From: Gonapodya sp. JEL0774
Taxonomy: Eukaryota
DNA: 64,000 nt
Assembly: GCA_027604505.1 (NCBI GenBank)
Contig: JADIIX010000075.1
Location: 1-64,000, forward strand
Direction of reading: 5' to 3'
A model generated the notes under the pieces. The model had not been told where the DNA came from. It saw only the letters and a program-made list of their open reading frames with translations, and did not search any database. Positions 37,572 to 49,027 of this stretch are shown here, one piece after another (position 1 is the first letter of the stretch; every line of letters begins with the position of its first letter). The position numbers and the translations under genes are program-made.

Positions 37572-40500
37572 ATGATGGCCAGTTACTCTTTGCCTACCAT
37601 TGAAGCGTACGGATCATCGTTGCCGGCTCATGATGACTATGGGACGGTGACCTCTCCAGCTTTGAAACCGAAAAAACCCACGAAGAAGAGGAAGGTTGAT
37701 GATGTGGAGGAGGAGGAGCGAAAGAGGACTACGGTCAGCGCTAAGGTATCTACGACTGCAATGCGATTGCTCAAGAAGTCAACGACGCAATGACGTGGTA
37801 CACCCCGATTGGCGGATATTGTGTTGATACTGTACTTGTCCAGGCGTGCAATACCTGTAGAAAGCTTCACGGTGTGTTGCCGACCAGAACTGCCACTTCG
37901 GCGCAAAGGAGCCGATGCAACTTTTGCTGACTAAACCTCGCAACCAACATTTCACGTGTTTACGTGGTCTTGTCTTTTTATCTGGTGCTCGTTAGATCGA
38001 TGTGATGGACAGGAGCCTTGTGCGAGATGTGCGAAGAAAGGTATCGAGTGCTCCTACGGTGAGACTTGGGTGTTGCTCGTTTGCGGACAGGAACTCTGAC
38101 ATTGGAAAGCTGACAGAGGAAGTCGTCGTTGAGTAGAGGCTGAGTGGGCCGTTGCGTTCTTTTGGGGCAATAGTGATATATGCACATGGATTTGACGGTA
38201 CACGAAAGAGACGCTCACTGACCAATTTCTTCAACTACCGTCAGTGGAAGAGGCACGGGGAACGTCTTCTTGCAGACAACCGCCTTAAGCCACTCATGTG
38301 CTCCGAATATTTGGTTCAAAACTCCACAGATCGTCCCAAATCCGCTCCTGGCCCTCAAAAGGGATGGCTTGATGACCTGTCATCGCGCATTGTGGCTTTG
38401 GAGCACTTGATTCTCGGCGAATCCGCCCCTGGTGAAACTCAAAGCGCAGACCAGAAGCTCAAACGCAACCTGAAGAGAAGACTCGAATCAGCTCTTGAGA
38501 CAGTCGAAGGATTTCTTGACGAAGTACGGCGGGATCGGGGCCTCCCGTTGGGGTGCCCCCTCGTTGGGGAAGACAGGAGGCTTGTTCCTCGACGAAGCAG
38601 TGAGAGCTTTGTGATCGGTCAGTCACCCTTTCTCCCACAAGCCACCGATCATACGGACTTGTCGGCACTGGTGTCAAGCTACCCATACGCAACCAGGCTT
38701 GTTAATGGATTGCTTGGGACTCTGAATCAAGTAGACGATGCGAAGACGGGATTTGCACAGATGATTAACGAAGGCAATGAATTTCACCGACCTCAAGATG
38801 GGGGTGGAGCGAGCGACCCACTTTCGTACGCGCTCAATCTGCCGCCACGCATTTCCGACGACAATTTTTTTTCATCTACGCTTTCTGCAGATGAACTTTT
38901 CGCCAGTTTGGATAGCTTTTTGGAGAATACCGGCAATGATGAAGCACCTCCGCTTGCAAGCACCAGCACCAGCTCTGGTACCAACGTACTATTTCCAGGG
39001 CGGCTTGAAAGCGGTTGGAATCGGGATATGAACGAAACGGCTTTTCAAGGAACAAATGGATCCGGATCGGAAGCCGTAGCCGGGTTGGCACAAAGAGTCG
39101 AATCAGAGTCAGATGGGGTTTCCACACGGAGGCGGAAGTCGACATTATTCAGGGATGTTTCTATATTTGATGATATGCCTCCGGTGAGCTCTGTACGCAA
39201 GGATCGAGAATCGAAGAGCTCCATATTTACAGACAAGACTGGCAATGTAATTTCCCATTTCAACGTCGTCTTCAGTTGCCCTCTCAAGACGTCATGAACC
39301 AGTAAGTTCGCAATATCTCTCGTCTCTGTCGATTCATATCCCTGTAGACTAATGTACACATTTTCGTAGGCTCCTCGAAATGTACTTCGACGATTGTTGG
39401 AACTATCGCCATATTTACCCTGTCTTCCCGTGCGCCCATCGCCCCACTCTTTTGAGCCGCCTTCCCTCTCAGAACCCCTTCCTGGCGTTTGCAATGATGT
39501 CAGTCGGCAGCCTGGTCGAGATCAATACCCCGCTGGCGAAATTCGGGTTCCAGCTGTTTCAAAGGTGCAAGAAATTGCTATTTCCCAGTTTAGAGACAAC
39601 ACAGCTGCACCATTCAACGATTGAAGCATTGATGTTGTACGGGAGGTATGCGAACGTCCACGAGCGGTCAATAGGTGTGTATTGTGGAGAATGGCTTGTT
39701 TAACCTACCATTCAAACAATCTCTCTAATGAGAACTCTCCTCTTCACCAGCGTACATGACTATGGGTATGTGTATCGCCCGGGCTAGAGAGATAGGTCTC
39801 CTCCTCGACCCACAAGAGGACGATGTCAGTGGTCGGTGGGGTGTGTTTGATTGGCGTGAATGTGAGGAGAGGCGGCGAACAGGGTGGGGAATATTTTTGT
39901 TGGATAGAACAGCAAGTATGGTGGTGTCACGATCACCGTTGTTGTCTGAGAATGAAGTGCGTCTAAACTTTCCGAAAAGGTGAGTGAAATCGTAGACCTC
40001 GTGTTCCTTTTTATGGCTCACAAAATTGGACTTTCGCGCTCTCCCTCAAAGCTGGGGGGAGTGGGAGTCCCATCCCGACGCGACGATCCCTGCTCCTGGG
40101 CAACCTGAAGATGTGACGACAATTGAGGTGTATCAAGTTCTCGGTCGGGCTCTGAACATGAAGCGTGTGATATCAAACGAGGCCTATCCAAGTTCCAGTC
40201 ATATTCCGGAACTTGCGGGGCTGCTAACTCAGTGGCTGGATAGATTCAAAGCCGCGAACGGTGGATGCATAAATGTTGATGATCCTGTGGTTGCGAGGGC
40301 AATGCTGCTATATCGTAAGTGAAGCGGAGATGCTTCGCCCTGATTCTGTGGTGACTGACGAGAGTACGCCACCTGTGATCAAGACCTTGTCGGAGTGATT
40401 CTTCACACACCGGTCAGTGTTTCTCTTCCAGTTACTTCTCTATTCATAACCGGTCTGATGGCATCACTGTTTCCTCCCAATTTGCTCAGATGAACTTCAC

Positions 40501-41529
40501 CTCTGCCCCCTCAGTTTGGGTTGATTCCCCGCACTTCTCCACCGCAGTAAACCACGCTGTTGCTGTGGCTCACATGACCCGTCGCCCTGCTGTTCGTGGA
40601 ATCTATACCACTCCCATCACGTTGGTCCTCCTGTTCCAAGTCGGCTTGGTACACGTTGCTCGCATAAGGGCACGTGTTGATTCCGCGCACGCATCAGTGG
40701 ATGCAGAAACTCACGCAGATGCCCTTCATGTCAATCGGAAGTGGTGGACTGTGAGCGAATTGCTGGCGAGAGACTTGCGGAAAGTGAGTGGTGGTGACAA
40801 ATCGCGCGCTTCCAGCTATCCTTGGCCCCCGTGGTCCCATCGTATTACAGTATTGAAACATGTGTTTGAGTTTGTAGCTACGTACACTCGCTGAGAATGA
40901 AGAAATTCGCGCTGCTCCGCGCCATCGTTTGCGATCCAGCACCGGTTCTTCCTTTTCCGCAGGACCGCACTCCCGGCAATTATCATTTAGCACAGGTGTG
41001 ACAACTTCCAGTAGATTCTCCAGGAGTGGTGGAGTGAAAGAGAGTGAAGTTGATTCCGGGGAAGATGGAGTTCAAGCAGCGGGGGAGAGTGATGAGGATG
41101 TGCAAATCATCACAGTGAATTCGGACGTTGCGAGAGTGAGTTCCCAATTGGAGCTTCCGTATTACTTTTCCGAACTCTCAATGCGCTATTTATGTAACCC
41201 TACAGCATGTCGTCAACATGTCTGCTGGAGCGTCCACCTCCACCCGCCTCCTTCAGCTCCCGGATCCCGACCTCCCCGAAACCTTCATCACCAACGTCAA
41301 TACCGATGGATCTACTATGTCAGCATTGAACGCTTACGTGACAGCTCAGACGCAGCATAGTCGGCGACTGTCCGTGGGGCAGCGTGACCTTGGACTGGTT
41401 GATGGAGAAAGCATGGATGAGAACAGTTTCGAACGCCCGCACTTATTGTTGGCGTCTCATCACGTACCAGTGGGAGTTGGTGCGGTTAACGAAGGTGAAT
41501 ACCACGGGATGTCATTGTGGTGTGGATGA
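37572..41529 (+). CDS. Zn(II)2Cys6 fungal transcription factor with a Fungal_trans domain
   Basis: Spliced 'ACNTCRKLH|DRCDGQEPCARCAKKGIECSY'; coiled-coil 'LSSRIVALEHLI'; 'LLEMYF', 'STIEALMLY', 'ECEERRRTGWGIFLLDR'; basic NLS-like 'KPKKPTKKRK'. Confidence 0.88.
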
Positions 41530-41875
41530 CAGGAATGATGTGCACGATTCAATAATTGAAAAAAAAAAATAAGTGATTTCAAATTAATGTTGCAATATCT
41601 ATTCACGGTTAGCTACCATAACAAATAAGACATCGATCGATATGAAATGCACCATCAAGCGTCTGGCCCTAACATATCAGCGACCGTGTTCAGAATACCA
41701 CCAACTCTGTACACGAAACATATTCGCCAGTTAACCATTGACACAGCGAACACTCTCACTCTCATCGAAAATGTCAAAAATTCGCGGATCTTAAATCAGA
41801 ACATGCAGTCTTGCTCGTTTGGCTCCGTGTTCCTTGTCATTCGTCCTCATCGTCCCTGCCAAAACATAGCATGGT

Positions 41876-44419
41876 CACCACTGTCCTACCCATTCTTTTC
41901 CGAGCTCCCCCATCCCAGCTACATCCGTAGTGGTCTCTGCCGCCAAACTAACTCTCTGGGCCCTCTTTGGCGCCCCAGTCGCGCGGTTAGGGTAGGCGTA
42001 AGATGCATGGAGGTGCTGCAGTACGGTGAATCGAAGACGGGGAGGCACAACACATGGTTGGTAGACATGCGCCGCACGAGGATAGAGAAAAATGCAAGGG
42101 CGAGTTAAGGTTACGCGAGGAAAAGGGAAATGGTTTCTCAGGTCTCAAGGATCCAATGCATGACTCACCGCCCCAAGTCCCACTCCATCACCTGGATCGA
42201 ACGAGACCCTACGATGCGGTTTGTAGCGCACCGGTTGGGGGAGTACGTGATTGTGGGGCACGGTGACCCTAAAGAGGATGTGCAGATGCGGCATAGCTCC
42301 GGTGGATACAAACGAAGTTCACTGAAGTCAAGAGAAGATGTGAGAAACCTACCGTACGGGTACTGCTTGCATGTTTTGTTCGAGCTTCGATTCCCGCACC
42401 ATATCGGCAGCGATCTTCTCGATGCCCGTGGCAGCTCCAATCTCCGCCTTGAGCGACGACCATCCCGAGAGTGGCATGGCATGCGGGGGCGGGTACACAA
42501 TGGAAGCAGCTGTGGTGTGGAGAGCAGGGGCAGTCGAAGGATGGCGCAGCAAAGGTTGAATGGACGGACGATGCCGCCGATCCGGGAGAGACGCGGACAT
42601 GGACTTCCGGGTGCGTCGGAGACGCGAATCCGAAGTGGAAGATGATGGAACTGACGACAACAACGGGAGAGATGCGGACATGCGGGTGGTGTGGGTGGTC
42701 GCAGAGGAATGTGGTAAAGGTGGTCTTTCGGATAGGTCGCAGGCGGACTGCTCGTGCCGCCCATCTGTAGTTGCATCCGTGCTTACAGACAAGTGCGGAG
42801 ATTCGGCACCCGTCATATTTGTTCCTTTCTCAGCAGCTGCTCGGACCCCACCCCCAGGAAACTCCGATGTTGGTAGTGGATCTGGGCACAATGAAGGTGC
42901 AGCCACGTGAGATGGAAAGAGGCGAGGTGTTAGACGGAATGTGCCTGAGTCTGTATATCGGTGGGACGAAAGTGGAGGGTGCGGGTGAATTCAGATGAGA
43001 GGGCGATGAACGAGTACCCAGATTGAGCCACAACATATGTCCAAAGACATGCACGGGGCATTTTAGACATGCACAGCTGAGCGGTGGTGTGTGGGGGAGG
43101 GTTACTTTTCCGTGCAACGACATCTCTGTCCTGTCAGCGAGTCCACTCCGGCAATGAGAGCTCCGAGCTCCACCTTTCCCCATGAACCCATTTGGACAAC
43201 TCACGATACCATCCATTCTCTTTCTCCTCCCCTCGAGCCTGTCGTTCCTCCTGCCACCCCTTCACAACCTCCGAGTCAAGTTCCAATTTCGCTACTGGGT
43301 CACCTTCAACCAAATGCCGGTTGGCCGCTCGGAAATCACGAAGAGACGCAAGGTATGCGTCAGGGAGGGTGAGGAGTGGGGAGGACTGACGGTTGATGGG
43401 CGATTGAAGAGAGCGTTGAGATTAGTCTAGCGGCGAGAGACAAAACGCGACCGTAGGGAGGTGGACAGACCATGATGGATTCGAGGACTGGCTGAGACAG
43501 TGATGTATGTGAATGATGTTGACCATAGTGCGGGGGCGGGGTACGGAGATGCGGTGAGGGTGTTGGGTGAAGGTGCGGTGGATATGAGGGATGGTGGGTG
43601 CTTTGATGGGATGAGATTGGTTGCTGCTTGAGGGGCGGAGATTGAAGTGCTAGAGAAGCCTCTTGGCGATCTGGAGATGGACTTTGCGGCGTTGGATCAG
43701 GCGCCATTTGTCCGGTTGGTGAACGAGGAAGTGGTCCTGGTGGCGGCGGTGGAGCAGGTAGGGAAGGTTCTGAGGAGAAAGGCAGTGCAACACGCTTGGT
43801 CGGCGGAGCCAAGAACAACGGAGGTCCTGCCTGAGACTGCTGCTGGCGGGTCTGGGGTTGAGGAATCCGGGCTCTGTTCCACAACGTCGTAATGGAGGAT
43901 CCACAACAACATGTCCAATGGCGTGAATCAATCCAATGTGATGAAGATGAGATCGAATTCAACCAGAATTTTGCAATAATCGATAGGATTTCGGGAGAAT
44001 CAATTGCTTTACCGATCAACTTAACAACGAGCACGCACGCACCTTTGCAGTTCGACGTCCAAGTCGTGGCAACCGTCAGCGCCTAGCGCAAAAGTGACTC
44101 CCCTCTTTGACGCTCTTCCTGCTGTCCCAAGGTGTCTCTCTTTGGTTTCCTTTGTTTCGGCAGGTCCCTTCAAGACGCTTTTGACAACCTCAGGACCTTT
44201 CACGCTCCGCTTGACCTCCGATACGTTCTTTCGCAGCCGCTCCATCACGTCTTTTGTCTGTTCCCGCAGCCGCTGAATCGTCACCAAATATTCGTCCGCT
44301 TCTCCCTTGCTTTTGCCGTCTCCCCGACCTCGCGCGGCCGTTGATGTGTCTGATGCATGTGATTCTCCCGTTGAATATGTCGGAAAAGTCATCACTGAAA
44401 ATGTGGCCGCCGCCGCCAT
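41876..44419 (-). CDS. Hypothetical multi-exon proline/serine-rich protein; boundaries approximate
   Basis: A chain of minus-strand open frames (44021-44419, 43360-43870, 42349-42906) with a coiled-coil-like segment, Pro-rich segments and plausible splice sites. No known domain recognised. Confidence 0.45.
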
Positions 44420-44629
44420 CGGTGGCCGAACTCGGTCGTTCCGGGCGGGCGCTAGACATTTTCGGCACCACCGAGCACAAATGATCTCATTCAAATGAAC
44501 ACAAACACGATAAATAGAAAAGATATAGTCGATATTGGGGAGAAGGGTATACAAGAAGCTTCACTCTGTCGATGCAAACAAATGTCACATGCAACCGCCA
44601 AATTCAGTATTCCGCATCATTTCCAGACT

Positions 44630-46807
44630 TCACTTGCTCGCCTCACTACTCAGCTTCTCAAGAACCTCCGCCACCATACTCTTTGCAACACTGAGAAGAA
44701 CCCTCTCTGGCCCCCCAGGTTTGTCAAACCTCAGGAAGATAATGGAATTGGTCCCCGACAAGGTGAACTGGGCACCTCGGGGAATAGCAACATTAAGTAG
44801 AATGGTGCCGTTATCGGATCGAGCAAGAATACGGAGCTTGCCAGTACTGTTGTCACGCTTCAGTCGCGCTTGGCCTGTTCCCTGTTTGATCCAGTTTTGA
44901 TTGCTCTTATCGAAAGCAAAAATGTTAGATTTGAATTCGTAAACGGTCGTTTCGTTTTCTTGATGTTAACAAAGCAAACGTGGGGCACCTTCAGCTCTTA
45001 ATCGAAGACTGAGGAGAGCTTCAACCCGATTATAACACACCTTCCCCAGCCCCACTTGCCAGCTTCTTTTTGTCCTCCGGATTCTCTTTCTCGAATTCCT
45101 CGTCGCCCTCTCCGCCATCTTCGTCTTCCTGACCAGCTTGAGCCTGGGCAGGAATGTTGAACACGAATGGCCCGGCACTTCCGGTAACCTCGTTGCCTCC
45201 CGTGGGCTTTCCGAAACTGAATGTGAGAGGGGCGGAAGAAGACGCAGTGGAAGCAGAATTCGAGTTGCTTGTCGAAGTGAAGGAGAATCCTGAGAATGGT
45301 GCCTGTTTCGGCTTGTCCGCGCCACCGTCTCCTGTGGCTGCTGTTGGCAAGCCAAAGTTGAACGCAGGTGTTGTTATCGAGCCTCCAAATGTTGAAGCAG
45401 TTGATCCACCAGGGGAAATAGACGCAGTGGCACCTCCAAACGTACCAAACCCGAATGCAGTTGCTGTCACTGCGCCGGTGCTTGACGATGTCGTCGATGC
45501 GGGTGAGGTGGTCGGGGTGAACTTGAATCCCCCAAACGCTGGAGGTGAGCCAAACCCGGACACAGGAGGGGTGCCAGCGCTAGATGTAGGTGGGAAGAAA
45601 AATTTCGATTTGTCGGCTTCCGTGCCCTTTTCGGCACTATTTCCAGACGGAAAAAAAAACTTCGGAGCTGGTGCTGCCGGAGTCAGGTCTATGGGTGCGA
45701 GTTTCGTCCCACTATCGGCGGGTGCAGAAGAGGCTTGTGCTCCAAATACGAGACTGGAGGGCTTTTGTGACGGGACACTGTCCGCACCGCGGGGCGCCCC
45801 GAATACGAAAGCAGGCGGCGCAGGTGGTGCGGGTGGTGCTGCCACTGCTGAAGGTTTGGTTGTACCGTGGGATTGGTTCGCCAAAGGCAAACTCGCAGAA
45901 GTTTCTGGTTTGACGTCTGCAACCACGTCCTTGAATTCACTCTCCACCTCTTTCCTCATCTCCGCGTACTGCCGAGCGGCTGCAACAGCAATTTTGCTGA
46001 GGTCCACCCCTGGGTCAGCACCCTGGACTTGCTGAAGATGATCAATGAAGGAACGATTGAGGCCAACCAGTTTAGCAGCATATTGGGATTCGCGCTCGGA
46101 CTGGGATGGTGGACGGACAGACGGGGTTGAGGGAGCAGGTTTAAAGAAACTACTGCCTGCACTGGGGAGTTGGACAAACGAAGCTGGGGCAGGAGAGTCA
46201 ACGGGCATTGGGTGCTTCTGGCTCAGTAGAGCAAACGGGTTGGAGGAGGGAGTTGGGAAGGAAAGGGAGGTTCCTGTGGATTTGAAGGCTCCGCCGAACG
46301 GTGAAGCCTAGCAATCGCCGAAGAGATTGAGACGTAAGTTTTATGTGAGGGAAGATTACTTGTTTCCGACGCCCAGTCGATTCCATTCGTGCAGTTATTT
46401 GACTCATCTTCACCATCCAACTCACCCCTCCCCCACCGCCAGTTCCCCCAAGTCTCCCTTTAGGAGTCTTTATTCTAGTTCGATTCATTCGAGAAATACG
46501 CAGATCAAAGAACGAATCCGTGTTGAAGGTTAAGCCCCCGTCAAGGTGAAGACATCTCCCACACAAGAAAACTTACGCCCTGGAACCCAATGCCCCCTGA
46601 TCCGCTGCCTTCCAGCCATCTTCATGCGCAGATCCTCCGTTTTCGTCCTCAAGATGGCGGTCGACGTTGTACTGAAGCGGAGGTCCAGAGGAAGGACGGA
46701 GACATATTTGAAAATGACATTGGCGCGTTGGACAGATTGAGAATGCTGAAATTCAGGTTTACACGAGCTCTCACACTGTCAAGTCGGTCTCCTTGCCGCT
46801 TGGACAT
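44630..46807 (-). CDS. Nucleoporin Nup2/Nup50-like (NUP50 N-terminus, FG repeats, RanBD1)
   Basis: Small 5' exons give 'MSKRQGDRLDS|YNVDRHLEDE..WKAADQGALGSRA|IKTPKGR'; FxFG/FG repeats; C-terminal RanBD 'ASGAGE|ENETTVYEFKSNIFAFDK..WIKQGTGQARLKRD..GKLRILARSDNGTILLN'. Confidence 0.88.
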
Positions 46808-47101
46808 TTCGGATGGCGAACAAAAAGTTGGCTACAATAATGCGTGTCTTCGTCCCCCAATCTTTCTGTTTGCCACGGCGTAGAACCACGGACTGCAACA
46901 TTGCTTGGCTTTATTGCTCCCCAGATTCACTTCGCAGTGTTTTTCCCTCTAGTTTCGGGATCATCGTTCGCCTTCAGGCAATTTGCCCCAAGCAGGCCTA
47001 CCCCAGGACACCTCCCTCATAGGTCGACAGAATCCGCCCTCGTTATCCGAAGACTCGGATCCATTCCACCAGTAACTTCAGACACTGAACTACGATATCC
47101 A

Positions 47102-48308
47102 ATGCCAAAGAAAGGGGCATCGGAAAATGCGCTACCCCAATCGTCCGACACAACTCCACGCATTCTCGTTGTTCTGGACCTCAATGGAACTATTCTCTGT
47201 CGCGCTGATAAAGCCAAACGGCAACCTTCAGCAAAACGCAATCCGAAACCTCCCGCAGCGGATTCAACCTCAATTCCAAAGCTGTATTCCTGCGACCTTT
47301 CTTGGTCCCTTTTCTGGAGTTTCTTTTGGCGAACTTCCGAGTAGCAGTCTGGACGTCTGCAACGACCAAGAATGCGCTGGGAATGATTTCGGGCATTCCC
47401 ACACAGTTGGAGTTCACCTGGGACCGAACCATGTGCGACCTCGTTGGCAACGCAGCTGATCATGAGTCCAGAAGGACCTCGGAAAGGTGTGGCAGAAGGG
47501 TAATACCTGGGAACCAGTGAGTCTGTCTTTTGTCCATTTGATCCCAGATGCCGAATGGGGCTCAATGAAAACGTTGTTCATCACATATCCGGGATCGACA
47601 GCAAAACACCCTCATCGTTGATGACACTTCGTCAAAATCCGTGTACAATCCTCATAATGCTATTCTCATACCTTCGTACGACGTTTTCGACTGCGGTGAG
47701 GGTGAACCCGAGAGGGACCCCAACGTGTGCGGATCGCGAGATATTTGAAGGACTTAAAATCGTGGTTTGAGAAAGCTATTGCAGCCGGGGAAACGGCTGA
47801 CGTCAGAAAGTTCATTGCGGATAATTTGCTGGACACTTATACTCCGTCTGACATCTTATCGGCGCCATCGGGGCCTCAGTTACACTCCATTGTTTTAATG
47901 ACAATCCCCCCTAAACCCAACGCTCCCTTTCTCCACAAGGCTATCTCGACGAACAATAAATGCGTAGTTACGGGTTTGAACTGGCTTCCGGGATGGGGTC
48001 CGCAGTCTCCTGGTGAAGGGAAGAGTGAGGCCAAGCGAGAAAGGAGGAAGTTGCGAAAGGAGAGGAAGAAGTTGATGATGCAAACGGAAAGTGGGAACGT
48101 CAGCGCTTAGGAAACCAGTGACGGAGGGGAGAAAGATGAAGCACAGGGTTTGGAGTCAACCTCGAAGGTTAAGAAATCAAGGAAGAAGAAGAAATCGGAA
48201 CAGGCCGGTGATGCAAAGAATGTTGAGGGTGGCACGCCAGACGATGCTGCTGCAGATTCTTCAACCGTCGGAAGTGTGGAAAGCGCATTCGCAATATTCG
48301 CAATATGA
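47102..48308 (+). pseudogene. NIF/FCP1-like HAD phosphatase pseudogene (three frameshifts and an internal TAG)
   Basis: Motifs 'LVVLDLNGTIL', 'VFLRPFLVPFLEFLLANFRVAVWTSA', 'KDLGKVW', 'NTLIVDDT..K...NPHNAILIPSY' lie in different frames, separated by apparent 1-nt deletions near 47263, 47470 and 47728. TAG at 48108-48110 is followed by more coding-like sequence. Confidence 0.8.
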
Positions 48309-48827
48309 GGGAAATACCGATAGGATCGAGATTTTGGGTGAGATCAAGGTGAGAGAGGTTACTTCGTCTCATTATTCGTAATTGTCTTTTTATCTCACCG
48401 AACTATCTGAAATTCCAAAGATTTGTCACATGGGACAGAAAGTGGTTTGTTATGGAACACAGCTTTGAGATTCGAAAGGGGACTATTGTCTATGCTATTG
48501 GGTATGTATCCGGTCTGCGTCCTCCGGTACGTGAATGACGGTCTAACTTCGCCCTAACTTCCCATTAGCCACGCCCGAATGGTTGTCAAGCGCCTCGACC
48601 GCCGCACAGTCCCACCTGCTGAAGTTGTGCGGGCTATTGGCCTGCCAGAGTCGAAAATCGACCGTGTGATCCCCGATCGTTGCAAATCAGTCCTTCAGGC
48701 GGAGCGGGCCTTGGAGATGCATGGAGAGGAAGACATGCTGGCGAAGGGAGCAAAGAAAGAAGACCTTGCGGGCGAACGGAAACTACTTGAGGGAGTAAGC
48801 GAAGATTGCTACGTACATTGTGCATAA
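48305..48827 (+). pseudogene. 3' fragment of a hotdog-fold thioesterase (THEM6/4HBT_2-like); N-terminal half not found
   Basis: Spliced 'MREIPIGSRFWVRSR|FVTWDRKWFVMEHSFEIRKGTIVYAIG|HARMVVKRLDRRTVPPAEVV' resembles the family's C-terminal half. The N-terminal D-x-D...H-x-NN motif is not seen upstream. Confidence 0.65.
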
Positions 48828-49027
48828 TGTAGAGTTGAGTAAACTGGACATAAGCCATTAGGTTTGGCTCGACAGTTCTCCCGAATGTTCACTTTTGTTT
48901 ATGATTACTGTAAGAAGGGAAAAAATTACAATTGTAAACGAAAAACTATCAGAGGTGACGTTCTGAACGATTGAGTGGTTATATTGTGGTATGCTTGTAT
49001 GAAGGCCGTGAAGACTCATGGTAGAAC

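Noticed and set aside
45154..46035. 293-aa plus-strand ORF
   Set aside because: Antisense shadow of the FG-repeat exon of the Nup2/Nup50-like gene.
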